Below the pieces are notes generated by a model. It was given only the letters and a program-made list of their open reading frames with translations. It was not told where the DNA came from and ran no database searches. The position numbers were made by a program, and so were the translations under genes. Positions 12,674 to 25,594 of a DNA stretch of 64,000 nt are shown piece by piece; position 1 is the first letter of the stretch, and every line of letters begins with the position of its first letter. Source of the stretch: Chiloscyllium plagiosum (Eukaryota); NCBI RefSeq assembly GCF_004010195.1, contig NC_057719.1:81333132-81397131 (forward strand). Reading direction: 5' to 3'.

Positions 12674-13399
12674 AAACATATTAGCTGTCCATTATAGGTC
12701 ACACATGTTTAGGTATTTTGCAGCTTTATCCTTGATCAGTTTTCAGTCAGTCAGTCTGGAATGGGAGAGTGCGTGGACAGATTCTTGTTGTTCTAGTGAA
12801 CGTGCATATGACATGCTAATCAGGTATTTCTCATTTTCAATGGCTGATTTGGTCAGCTGTCAGAAGTCACTGGGTGATAACATTTAGCCTACAATGAAAT
12901 GCTCTGTATACAAATGATATAAGTTATGTCGGATTCTAAATCCATTGTTCATCTTGGGAGACTGAATGCACCTGCACTCTACCACAAACTTTAGCCCCTC
13001 TCCAAAGATATTTGAAGACAAAAAACCAATTCTATCGAGTTCCTTATCAGTTTGTTGTTTGCATTACAATGGTCATTGTGCACAGTTATTAGTCAATGCC
13101 ATACAATACACAGTTAAACAAAAGGCTCAGTGTTTCTGCTCTGTTTAGTCAACTCTGCTGCCCTTACTTGCAATGAATCACTTAACACAAAACATATATT
13201 AATCTTTAAATAGCTGTTTAAAATAGAGGAGCAATGCACAGTGCTTTAATGCATAACAGATACAAACCAAACCGATAATAATACCAGATGTGCGATAATA
13301 AATGTCAACAGATTCACTTAATACGAAGACAATAAGAAACTGTTCACAAGCATTAATGGTAATGTTAAAGATCTTAGCAAATATATTGGAAACCATACA

Positions 13400-13680
13400 A
13401 AGCCATTACATTGGAGGTTATCAAATTAGTTTTGAAAGGGTTGTGGAACCAGGGAGACTTTAGAAGTGATGAGAGTTAAGTGAAAGCTGCATATAGTACC
13501 TGGAAATGTGAATCTGATTTGTGGATTATGAAAAAGCTTTCAACAGGGTGAATTGGCAAAATCTGTACCTTAGCTGAAGTCAACCACAGATGACTGGAAA
13601 GATAAAAGAATCACTGTAGCTCTGTAGAGACTACTTAAAACAAAGACAGTGTTTGGTGAAACCGAACCTGGTGCAGACCA
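13400..13680 (+). mobile_element. Ancient RTE-clade LINE RT remnant
   Basis: Translates FVDYEKAFNRVNWQNL and DWKDKRI, with an upstream GCGTRE-like stretch. Confidence 0.55.
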
Positions 13681-13986
13681 TTTGATCCTGGTAATTCACC
13701 AACCTTTGAGTACAGTCAGCCTTCTATTCAAACATATACTCAATGGTTCCTACAAAGCTATTCCTTAGTCACTTCCTCTACCTTCAGTAATGCAAATTAA
13801 AGAGATACTATAACAGTGTATGTTATTCACTGGAATAATGAGAGATAATTAATGAATTGGCACTTACAGAGCACCTTTCATGATCTCAGAAGTCACAAAA
13901 TGTTTCACAGCCAATGAGATAATCTGGTGGCATAGGTACTGCAGTGCTCAATGTGCACACAAGCTCTCACGAAAACTTTTTCCTAA

Positions 13987-14528
13987 TATTCATTCTTGGA
14001 ATGCACCACATGCTGGGGGAATGTTTATCCCAAATCACCTAGAAAGCGGTTAAGAGTCACCTATAGTAATGTGGATCTGTAGTCACATGTAGGCTAGACC
14101 AGTAAATATAGACTTCCTTCCCTAAAGGACATGAGTGAACCAGATGGGTTTTTCCAACAATCAGCAATGCTTTCATGGTCATCATTAGACCCAATTTGAG
14201 ACTCCTATTGAAATCAAATTCCACCAGCTGCCATGACGGGATTTGAGCCCACATCCCTTGAACATTAACAGAAGTTGTTGGAAAAGTTCAGCAGGTCTGG
14301 CAGCATCTGTGAAGAGAAATAAGAGTTAAAGTTTCGAGTCAAGTGACCTGAAACTTTAACTTTGATTTCTCTTCACAGATGCTGCCAGACCTGCTGAACT
14401 TTTCCAACAACTTCTGTTAATGTTCCTAATTTACAGCATCCACAATTCTTTCGGTTTTTATTTCACATGAATATTACCTTGGTCTCTGGAGTAAATAGAC
14501 TAGCAATAATACCACTCAGCCATCACCT
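13987..14528 (-). mobile_element. tRNA-derived SINE whose 3' tail resembles the CR1/L2-group LINE, interrupted by a palindromic PLE insertion
   Basis: Minus strand head aggtgatggctgagtggtatt (A-box-like) and gggctcaaatccc (B-box-like); tail resembles 10900-10958. Confidence 0.65.
14260..14463. mobile_element. Palindromic mini-PLE (family C): 82-bp inverted arms plus tail
   Basis: Arms 14260-14341 and 14344-14425 are 78/82 complementary; body gatgctgccagacctgctg..ttttcc resembles family B; tail cagcatccacaattctttcggtttttattt. Confidence 0.75.
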
Positions 14529-17059
14529 TTGCTACAATGTGGTAACTGGTCTAGTAATTTTTTTTTTACAAGGTGCTGGTTGAAAAAAAGCAATATCGCT
14601 ATGGGCTCCAAACCAATTCATTTGCTCTTCTTTTGAAGTAGTACTTTAGGATCTTTTACATCACTGCAGAGGCAAATTAGGCCTCAATTAAACCTAATTA
14701 AAAATATATTCTTTATCACAATTTTACATTCATTTAACAAAACTGAGCAACTAAGGAACAGCAGGAGAAAATGTAATTTAAAATACACATTTTAATGAAA
14801 TAAACTGCTCAATTTGAAGGATGCTCAAAACTTTGCTTGGAATTTTAATCAGTCTGAAAGTAGGTACTGATCTGTACACAACATCCACTGTACTGCATAT
14901 ACCTACAGAGATGGCTGAATATGAGAGAATTGCATGGCATTAGGTACATGCGACAATGGTACTATTGCAATACCAAATGCCAAGGCAGATTGTTCAATGT
15001 CTAATACCGAGAGGTCTTTACATTGTATAGCAATTGAAATCACTTTTCCTGGGGGATATACCACAACAAGGGTGGCTAAAATTAGAAACTGGCCTGGCCA
15101 CATAGGGACAAGGTTAACAAAACTAGTACAAGTGCTAATAGCAAAATATAAAAAGAGGACTGAAGGTTGCTTTTCCTTGTGGTCTAAAGCAAGGTCACTG
15201 AGACAACGTAGAGGATCGGAGTCTTTGCATTTTGCATATACTAGCAGACCCACAAAATATTCACAGCCATGCTAGTACATTAATGTACATTTAAAAACTT
15301 GCATAAAAAACAAGACTTCTAGTCATTCTTGCACCAAAATCTTTAACAGAAATCAATCTTTTCACTTTGGAAAAAAATAAATAAAGCTGTCCATGTACAA
15401 AACCATGTTAAATAATACACAAATTCGGTCAAGAATCTAGCTTGCTGACTTGCTTATATGTCACAGAATACAGAGATCTAACTAGAAAATATTATTTCCC
15501 CGAGTTTAAAATGCTGATTGACATCTTTTTAGGAGTCATATTATACAAAATACAAACACTATTACCTTGCAACCTTCCAGTTTTAACTTCAGCATCCCCA
15601 AAGAAAACTGCTTCCTAAATATCAATCTTATTTAGGATTTACATTTCATGACATCATGACATTCTTTCTTGTGTCCATGTTTGTGGACTTGGAAGATGTA
15701 TGAACTCTGCATAGTGTATTATTTTCATCAGCTGCAGAATCAATGCTGATGTATTCTTTAAATTCATTGACAATTTTGGTAAAAGTTAATTCATCCAAGT
15801 GTAGTGAAACTTTATTTTTAGAGCAAAGAATAGCTTTATAGTAAGTGACATTAAATAATTGTCCCTGATGACTTGTCACTTTTAACCATCATCCGTCATC
15901 TGACATTGCCTTCCCACGTCACCTCTCCAATATCACATCCATCCTTTCCATGTAATCTTGACTTTATTCTGTCCATTGCTCGTCTTCCCAACAATCCCAT
16001 CTCAATTGTCATATCAATACCCTCTCCAGCCAGAGCAACCTTGAAGTTAAACAGTGGAAGGCAGGCTCACTTATGTGCTCTTAAACTACCCACCCTATCA
16101 CCACTGACAAGAACCCCTCTAGTTCACCTACCAATTGCCTCAAGTCTTTAACTTGCAGTTGCTTACCATCCTACTGTTAGGATCAGTTTATTACTCTTTT
16201 TATTTTTTCAAAGTCGCTCAATTTTGAACTTCTTATTTTGTCATAGGCAGTGGTGGAAAAGAGTTATAGCAAATGTTTCCAACCAAAAATGGGGTTAAAA
16301 ATTCTTGTTGATCTTTGAACCTCATCATTATAATGTGAAATATATTAAAGATATAACAAACAGTGCTAAATGAGTAGCTTCAAAAGCCTGGAGGTTCAAA
16401 CAAGTTGTCATACTCAATTCACCCAAGTAATATTCAAATAACACTGCCATTACTAAGAGTCTCTTGTCTGGAATCATATGTCATATTGTCAAATTAAATT
16501 CAGTTTCAAGGTTCTCTAAATACACAGTAGTTGTCACAGGAATTGTATCAATTCAAATCTCTTGCGAGTGCTCTGATGACAAATTAAAATAACAATTTTC
16601 AGCATTCTGAATGATAAAAGAAAAACTAAATTTAAAATACACGGTCACTTTGTAATCCAAATACTCAATTGGCAACACTTGCCATATAATAGGTAAAAGG
16701 TAAGGTTAAATCAATATTGAGAACTTGACATGGTTGAAATTGAAAATGCTGGAAATGCTTAACAGGGAACACAATACTCTACATTTAACTATTATCTATG
16801 TGATCAAAACGTGCAGAAATTCATCATATTTCGGATACTACTAACAAACATCAACTTTGCATTGCTTAAATCTTTCAGATGGAGCACCAATACTAGAGTG
16901 TCTTTACTGTGACAGGAATAAATGCTGGGATTCACTACTCACAATCTATATCATTATGTGGTCAGACTATATATTGTAGTCAAAGTTAGGTAAGAAAACA
17001 GTTTGTGACTAGTATTGTTATATTAACTAATAGGGAAAAGTTTTAGCAGATGGGAAAAT

Positions 17060-17995
17060 TGGCCTTGCCCACTTTGGAATATTGGCCTCTAGAGCACAAA
17101 GAATGGAGTTGAAAAAAAACTTGTTGCAACTATTAAAAGCATTGGTGAGATTGCACCTATACTAGTGTACAGTTTTGGTCACCTTAAGGGGCAGACTTTC
17201 ATTGGGGACAGTTCAGACAAAGTTCATTACGTTTATTGCTGGGAGAGAGGGGTCATTTTGGCTAGTTGTGCCTATATACATTGGAGGTCAAAAGAGTTAG
17301 AGTTGATCTTGATTCAAACACTCGAGTTTCTCAGGGATGGGATGGGATCCCAAGAACGTGGACACATAACATTTGGCCTAACGAGTCCACACCAACCCTC
17401 TGAAAAGTAATTCACCCAGACCCATTCCCCTATTCTATTACTCTACATTTCCCCTGACTAATGCACTTAACATATACATGCCTGAACACGATGGTAATTT
17501 AGCATGGCCTATTCACCTAAGCAGCACTTCTTTGGACTGTGGGTATATGAAACTGGAGCACCTGGAGGAAACCCACGCAGACACGGGAAAAACGTGCAAA
17601 CTCCACAAAGGCAGTCGTCCATGGCTGGAATCGAGACAGGGTCCCTGGCACTGTGAGGCAGCAGTGCTAACCACTGAGACACCATGGAGCAGAGACCGAG
17701 AGGACATTTCCTCTTGCGGTGAAGTCTAGAATTAGGAAACAGTTTAGAAATAGGGTCTGCTATTTAAGATCAAGATTTGATGACAATTGTCTCAGAATCA
17801 TCAATTTTTGAAATTCTTGACCCCAGAAAACAGCCGAAGCGGGGTAATAGAATGTACTTAAAGCTGAATTTTGGTTGACAATGGGGAGGGGGTTTTAGAT
17901 GGCAGGAAAGTGGAAAAGGCCTCAATCATATTAACCATGGGATCTCATTGAACAGTGAAGCAGAGTCAAGGACTAAATAACTTACTCCTGACCTT
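17060..17995 (+). mobile_element. Decayed CR1 3' region, interrupted by a V-SINE
   Basis: LVRLHL..QFWSP-like remnant and CR1 tail. Confidence 0.55.
17367..17687 (-). mobile_element. HE1-like V-SINE
   Basis: Reverse complement of the tRNA head (tggtgtctcagtggttagcactgctgcctcacag) and V-core (ggagtttgcacgtt..gtctgcgtgggtttcctcc). Confidence 0.85.
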
Positions 17996-18164
17996 CTTGA
18001 TAGAGAAAGCAGAGAAAAGTCAAACCGTACTCAAATGGAGAGGGTTGAAAAGTGCTAGTGTCAAAAGGGATCTGGATGCAAGCTCAGCAAACAATTAGAA
18101 AGGCAAAATGGTATGTTGGCATTCACTCCAAAGGCATTTGTGTATAGCACTAGAAATGTTTTGC

Positions 18165-19545
18165 TGCATAAGAAATGGGAGGAATGGGCCATTCAATCCC
18201 TCAAGTCTGCCTCTTCATTCAATAAGATCATGGGAACAATCTGCCCCATACCAAGTAATTTGCAAGGCAGATCTTCATAGTTATCAACACCCCGATATAT
18301 CTGCCAAAAATGTGTCAAACATACAAGTACTTTCAGTGATCTCTCATCCATAACTCTCTGGGACAGAAAACTCCAGACATTCATTACTCTCTGGGAAAAG
18401 AAACATCTTTGCATCTCAGTTTTAAACAAGTGTCTCCTTATGCTCTAATAACATCCTCTAGTTTGGGACCCCTCCTACATGAAACATCTTGTCATCATTG
18501 AACATGTCAGGCCTGTTCAGAATCTTAATAGTTTCCATAGGATAACCCCCTCATCTCAATGAGTCAACCCTTCCGCCCAGGAGTCAGCCAAGTGAGTACC
18601 TTTTGAACTGCCTCCAATAGGAGTACACCAAAAAAAGGGGTCTGGGGTCAACCTCGTGTATGTGGTATGGGGAGCAAATCAACAAACAACAAGCAAATGT
18701 ATATCCTTTCTTGAAATATACAGGCCAAACTTCAACACCCTATACAGCTGCAACAAGACATCCCTATTTTTAAACTCCAACCCCGTAAAATACAGGCCAA
18801 TATTAATTTGTCATCTGTATTGCTTGCTGCCTCTACATACTGACTTTTGTCTCATGCACACAGTTCCCTCTGTTTTTCACTTTTTGAAGCCTCTCTCCAT
18901 TTAAATAATAGTCTGCATTTTGATTCTTCTGAACAAAGTGAATGACCTCACACTTTCCAACATTAAACTTTATCTGCCAGGTTTTTGTCCACTTACTCAA
19001 CTTACCTATACAGTTGTATAAACCTTCCACAAGACCTCACCTGGAGTACAATGTACAGTTCAGGTCTCCTTATCTGAAGAAGGATATTCTTGTCCTTAAG
19101 GGAGTGCAAGAAAGATTCAGACTAATCCTGGGAATGGTGGGATTACTTCATGGGGAAGCTGGGTCTGTATATCATATTTTCAAAAGAATAAAAGTTGCAG
19201 AATTCTTAGGGCACAACAACTTGGATATAGATAGCATGTTCCTCTGGGCTAGTGATGCGAGAACTGGAGGACCTAATCACAGGATAAGAGGAAAGCCATT
19301 TAACACAGAGACAAGTAGTTTTCTCATTCACAGGGTGAAGAATCTTTGGAATGCTCTAACCCAAAGGACTGCAGAAACTCAGTCACTGATCATGTTCAAC
19401 GCAAAAACTGACTCATTTCTGGAGACTAGTGACATTAAGTGAAATGAAGATAATTTGGGAAAATTAAATTGAAGAAATTATCAGCCATGATCTAAAATGG
19501 CAGAGCAGGTTCACTGGGCTGCATGGCTTAACCTTATTCCTCTTT
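18165..19545. mobile_element. Two decayed CR1 fragments (minus 18165-19010, plus 19005-19545)
   Basis: WQIKFNVGKCEVIHF on minus; RPHLEYNVQF..KKDILVLKGVQERF on plus. Confidence 0.75.
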
Positions 19546-19929
19546 TTTAAAACTTTGTTACGTTAGTCTGCTCTAATTTCTCCTTATCTGGCTCAGCGCC
19601 ATATGTTTTGCATTGCTCTCGTAAAGCACCTTGCAACTTTCAATATTTTTGTAGCATCTTTAACAACATAATAAAACATTCTTGAATATTGTTTTGTGTC
19701 ATATTGTCTTATGGATATTGCCTCTTCTTACTATATTGTGTCAAATTTTACTTATGCGTATTCCTATAACAGCTCAAAGAATTTACCGTATATCTTGATT
19801 TTTTTCCTTAGACGCCCAAATGCAGAATCACCCACAAGCTTGGAAATTCTGACCTGAATGCTTAAGTGAAGGTTATTAAAACATGAAAAAAAATCGAAAC
19901 TTGGTACTCTGTTGTCACATTTCTTTTAC

Positions 19930-21280
19930 CATAGGAACATGGGGACTTGGAGCAACAATAGGTTATTTGAGCCTGCTCCACTGTTCATGGAGATCATGGC
20001 TAATCTCACTTAGTTCTCAAATCCAATTTTATATCTTCCCACCACTACCCTAGACACCCTCATAACCTAGACACCCTCATACAGATCAATTCAATGATCC
20101 ACCTCTTGCTGGGAAAGAATTCCACAGAATAACTTGCAGAAAAAGAAATTTGTCATCTAGATTTTAAATGGGGAGACTTATTCTCAAACTGGATCCTCAA
20201 TTTTAGTCACCCACAAGAAGAATCAGCGTCCCAGTATCCACCTATCAAATCCTCCCAAAATCTTTTGTGTTTCATAAATGTTACTCCTCATTTGAAACTC
20301 TAATAGTTGTAAATCTTTCAACTTTTCACTCGATAAACTTCTCATTCTTGGAACGAGTCTAGTGAATCTTCTCTTAACTGAACCTACTACAATTATGTTT
20401 GTCTAAACAACACAATTAAACTGTACACAAGACTCCAGGCATAGTTTCACCCAGTTCTTTTCAGCTGTAGTAAAAGTCCCCTACCTTTCCACTTCTCTTG
20501 CAATAAAGGTTAGCATTCTATTATTTGTTTTCTTAAACATGTACTGTACCTGAATACTATTGTTTTGTGATTCACACACCTAGATCCCTCTATACAACCG
20601 AGTTCTGAAATCTCTCACCATTTAGAGTCATAGAGATGAACAGCACTGAAACAGACCCTTCAGTCCAACTCATCCATGTCAACCAGATATTCTAACCTAA
20701 ACTAGTCCATTTGCTAGCATTTAGCCCATATCACTCTAAACCCTTCCTATTCATATACTTATCCAAATGTCTTTTAAATGTTGTAAAAGTACCAGCCTCC
20801 ACCAGTTCCTCTGGCAGCTCATTCCAAACACACACCACCCTGTGCATGAAAACGTTGCCCCTTAGGTCTTTTATATCTTTCCCCTCTCACCTTAAGCCTA
20901 AGACCTCTAATTCTGGACTCTACCACCCCGGGGAAATGACCTAGTTATTTATCCTGTCCATGCCCCTCATAATTTTATAAACCTCTATAACCTCAAACTC
21001 CGACGCTCCAGGGAAAACAGCCCCAGCCTGTTCAGCCTCTCCGTGTAGCTCAAATCCTCCAACCCTGGTAACATCCTTGTAAATCTTTTCTGAACACCTT
21101 CAAGTTTCACAACATCCTTTTGATAGAAAGAAGACCAGAATTGCATGCAATATTCCAAAGTGGCCTAACCAATGTCCTGTACAGCAGAAATTTGATAGTA
21201 CATTTCTGTTTCTCGTGCCAAAACAGACAAGTTCACATTTTCCCACATTACACTCCACTTCCAGATTTTTGCCCACTCAC
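19930..21280 (-). mobile_element. Old CR1 3' region with a younger CR1 3' fragment (20625-21188) nested in it
   Basis: Younger part is near-identical in organisation to 6801-7360; flanks are more diverged CR1 tail sequence. Confidence 0.75.
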
Positions 21281-21284
21281 TTCA

Positions 21285-23938
21285 GTAAGAACAGAGAAGA
21301 TAATAAAAATGGGGAAGGTATGGCATTGTTAGTCAAGGACAATATTACAGTGGCAGAAAGGACATTTGAGGACTTGTCTACTGAGGTAGTATGGCCTAAG
21401 GTTAGAAACAGGAAAGGAGCGGCCACCCTGTTGGGAGTTTTCTATAGGTGTCCGAGTAGTTCCAGAGATGTAGTGGAAAGGATAGCAAAGATGATTCTGG
21501 ATAGGAGCGAGAGTAACATGGCAGTTGTGATAGGGGACTTTAGTATTTCTAGTCAATGTTTGTAAAGTTATAGCTAGAGTACTTGAAATAGGTCAGTTTT
21601 TGCCCAATGTGTGTAAGAGGGTTTCCTGACACAGTATGTAGACAGGCCATCAAAGGGCGAGGCCACATTGGATTTGGTACTGGGTAATGATCCCGACCAG
21701 ATGTTAGATTTGGAGGTAGGTGAGCACTTTGACCACAATTCGGTTATGTTTACTTTAGCGATGGAAAAGGATAGGTATATACTACAGGGCAAGAGTTATA
21801 GCTGGGGGAAAGGCAATTATAATGTGATTAGAAAAGATTTAGGATGCATAGGACGGGGAGGGAAACTGCAGAGGATGGGCACAATTGAAATGTGGAGCTT
21901 ATTCAAGGAACAGCTACTGCGTGTCCTTGATAAGTATGTACCTGTCAGGCAGGGAATAGGTGGTAGTTGAGCGACGAAGACATGGTTTACAAAAGAACTT
22001 GAATCTCTTGTCAAGACAAAGGCGGCGGCTTATGTTAGGATGAGACGTGAAGGCTCAGTTAGGGCGCATACAAGTTACAAGTTAGCCAGGAAAGACTTAG
22101 AGAGCTAAGAGGAGCCAGAAGGGGACACGAGATGTCATGAGCAGATAGGATCAAGGAAAACCCTAAAGCCTTCTATAGGTATATCAGGATAAAAGAATGA
22201 CTAGAGTGAGATTAGGGCCAATCAAGGACAGTAGTGGGAAATTGTGCATGGAATCCGAGGAGATAGGGGAATCACTAAATGAATATTTTTTATCAGTATT
22301 CACACTGGAAAAAGACAATGCTGAGATACAGGCTACTACACTAGATGGGATTGAGGTTCACAAGGTGGTGGTGTTAGCAGTTCTGGAAAGTGTGGAAATA
22401 GATAAGTCCCCTCGGCTGGATGGGATTTATCTGAAGATACTCTGGGAAACCAGGGATGAGATTGCTGAGCCTTTGGCTTTGATCTTTATGTTGTCATTGT
22501 GTACAGGAATAGTGCCAAAAGACTGGAGGATACCAAATGTTGTCCCCTTGTTCAAGGAGGGGAGTAGAGATAACCCTGGTAATTATAGACCAGCGAGCCT
22601 TACTTCAGTTGTGGGTAAAGTGTTGGAAAAGATTATAAGAGATGGGATTTATAATCATCTAGAAAGGAATAAGTTGATTAGGGATAGTTAACACTGTTTT
22701 GTGAAGGGTAGGTCATGCCTCACAAACTTTATTGAGTTCTTTCAGAAGGTGAACAAACAGGTGGATGAGGGTAAAGCAGTTAATGTGGTGCATATGGATT
22801 TCAGTAAGGCATTTGATAAGGTTCCCCACAGTCAGCCATTGCACAAAATACAGAGGCATGGGATTGAGGGTGATTTAGTGGTTTTATCTCCAGCATCTGC
22901 AGTCCTCACTTTCTCCTTGATCAGAAATTGGCTACCTGAAAGAAGGGGTGGTGGTTATGGGAAATGTTCATCCTGGAGTTCAGTTATTAGTGGTGTACTG
23001 CAAGGATCTGTTTTGGGGACATTGCTGTTTGCCATTTTTACAAATGACCTAGATGAAGGAATAGAAGAATGGGTTAGTAAATTTGCGGATGACACTAAGG
23101 TCAGTGGAGTTCCAGATAGTGCCGAAGAATGTTGCCAAAGGGACATAAATAAGCTGCAGAGCTGGGCTGAGAGGAGGCAAATGGAATTTAATACAGAAAA
23201 CTGAGAGGTGATTCACTTTGGAAGGAGCAACAGGAATAAAGAATACTGGGCTAATGGTAAGATTCTTGGTAGTGTAGATGAGCAGAGAGATTTGTGTCCT
23301 TGTACATAGGTCCCTGAAAGTTGCATTCGGGTTGATAGGATTGTTAAGAAGGCATACAGTGTTTTAGCTTTTATTTGTACAGTGATTGAGTTTCGCAGCC
23401 ATGAGCTCATGTTGCAGCTGTACAAAACTCTGGGGTGGCCGTACTTGGAGTATTGTGTACAGTTCTGGTCATCGCATTATAGGAAGGATGTGGAAGCTTT
23501 GGAAAGGGTTCAGAAGAGATGTTGCCTGTATGGAGGGAGGGTCATTAGAGGAAAGGCTGAGGGACTGGAGGCTGCTTTTGTTCGAGAGAAGGTTGAGGGG
23601 TGACTTAATTGAGATATACAAGATAATCAGAGGGTTAGATAGTGTGGACAGTGAGAGCCTTTTTCCTCGGATGGTGATGGCTAGCACGAGGGGACATAGC
23701 TCTAAACTGAGGTGTGACAGATATAGGACAGATTTCTGAGGTAGTTTCTTTACTCAGTAGTAGGGGAATGCCCTGCCTACAACAATAGTAGATTAGTCAA
23801 CTTTAAGGGCATTTAAATGGTCTTTGAATAAACATACAGATGAAAATGGAATAGTGTAGGATAGATGGGCTTCAGATTGGTTCCACACGCCGGCGCAGCA
23901 TCGAGGTCGAAAGGCCTGTACTGCGCTGTGATGTTCTA
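21285..23938 (+). mobile_element. CR1 LINE ORF2 pseudogene (endonuclease C-half, RT, 3'UTR)
   Basis: GVFYR, VIGDF, LDLVL, NYRPASLTSVVGK, MDFSKAFDKVPH, SKFADDTK and EYCVQFWS motifs across frameshifted ORFs. Confidence 0.95.
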
Positions 23939-23939
23939 T

Positions 23940-24038
23940 GGATGTACGTTTTGTCTCCGAGCTGGAAGGTTAATTTTCAGACATTTTGTCACCATACTAG
24001 GTATCAGTGAGCCTCCAGTGAAGCTTTTCAAAACTTGC
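23940..24038 (-). mobile_element. Short PLE family A insertion (inverted pLTR piece + tail remnant) with decayed hammerhead
   Basis: Matches 1899-1990; ends ttttcaaaacttgc; TSD-like tgtgatgttct/tgtaatgttct. Confidence 0.7.
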
Positions 24039-24737
24039 TGTAATGTTCTGCTGTTTGTTCACTGAAGGAACCTTCCCTGAAATGTAAAATCATAACATCC
24101 ACGAATCCCAAAACCACAGACACAATCTCAAACTGTAAACCATGAATCGCCAAATCTCAACATCTGACAGGGTGAGCTACATTGGTATAAAGGAGTTAAC
24201 TGTATCTTCACAGAGGTATGAACCAACTGAAACTCTGGCTCATTAAAACACGAAGTAACGTTACCACAAGCAGTGTGCACGGTAACCATCATTGCGTAAT
24301 GCAATTAACAGGTTGAGGAGACATTACCACAAACATAATATAAGACAACTGCCATTATATACCTTAATGAAGAAATTGGGAATGCTATCACAAACATGCA
24401 GCCCTGAACAACAGCCATGGCAGAATCAGTTCCCATGAGGAAGTAAAAGCGTGGGGTATCAGACATCAGGATCAGGATAAGTAGACTTCATATTGTTTGC
24501 GGTTATGAAAACAATATTTTACCAGTTTGGACCAGGATGTGGAATAAACTGAAGAATGAAAGTAGTGTTAAATACTGGATGATTCAGCAGAATGCCATTG
24601 GGTGATGGGTTTGGGGATATTGAGATATGAATCAAAGAGGACGACCTTGGAAAACAGTTACTGCAGTTGGGACAGGTCAGAGACTGATCATTAATAGATG
24701 CAGGCCTATAATCAACACTGGCAACAACCAACTCCCT

Positions 24738-25232
24738 GCTATGGGAAAGATGTTGTTAAACCTGAAAGGGTTCAGCAAAGATTTACAAGGATTTTGCTAG
24801 ACTTGGAGGGTTTGAGCTATAGGGAGGGATGTATCGGCTGGGGTTTTCTTTCCCTGGAGCAGAGGCTGAGGGGTGATCTTATAGAGGTTTATAAAATCAT
24901 GAGGGGCATGGATAGGGCGAATAGTCAAAGTCTTTTTTCCCCAGAGAAGGGGAGTCCAAAATTAGAGGCTATAGGTTTAAGGCGAGAGGGGAAAGATTTA
25001 AAAGCAACCTTTTCAAGCAGAGGGCTTGTAGGGAATGAGTTGCCAGAGGTTGTGGAGGTAAGTACAATTACAACATTTAAGGAGGCATCTGGATTGACAT
25101 ACAAATAGGAAAGGTTTAAGAGGGATTATGGACGGAATGCAGGCAAATGGGACCAGGTCAGTTTAGGGTATGCCATCAGCGTGGGAGAGTTGGACTGAAG
25201 GGTCTGTTTCTATACTGCACAACTATATGACT
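24738..25232 (+). mobile_element. CR1 3' fragment
   Basis: YGKDVVKPERVQQRFTR..RLRGDLIEVYKIMRG plus tail. Confidence 0.85.
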
Positions 25233-25594
25233 ACATGATTACAAGCTTCAGTCAAATCATACAGGAATTTCTACTGGGGCAATTTGTAAGTTGCAGTCAA
25301 ATCATGGAAGGACTTGACCTGTGCTAATAAATGTAAGTTTCAGTAAAGTGGTTTGATGCAGAATTTATGTAAATTCCAGACAAGTCACAGGAGAATAAGT
25401 TCTAATGTGGCAACATTGAGAGTTCAATGAACAAATGATTCAGCTGTTGAACCAGATTCTAAGAAACGTGTATTTTGCCCTTGTAATTTCTGAAATCCAA
25501 AGAGGATCAGGAATGGAAACCCTTACACAATTTGCCCATTTCACTTTGCAGACTCTCTACTTCAACTTTACAGCTTACTTTGCTACTTATCTTA

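Noticed and set aside
14903..15275. Overlapping 113-aa and 116-aa ORFs on opposite strands
   Set aside because: No recognisable domain; ORFs of this length occur by chance in 64 kb.
15565..15615. Minus-strand ag..gcaag|gtaata mini-exon candidate
   Set aside because: Stops in the frame compatible with PACS2 exon 1; no resemblance to exon 2.
20047..20081. 17-bp tandem duplication (also a 24-bp one at ~48575-48622)
   Set aside because: Ordinary slippage duplications inside decayed repeats; not CRISPR-like (no spacers, eukaryotic context).
21285..23938. Possible active or domesticated reverse transcriptase gene
   Set aside because: Multiple stops and frameshifts; the same holds for all RT-bearing elements in the window.
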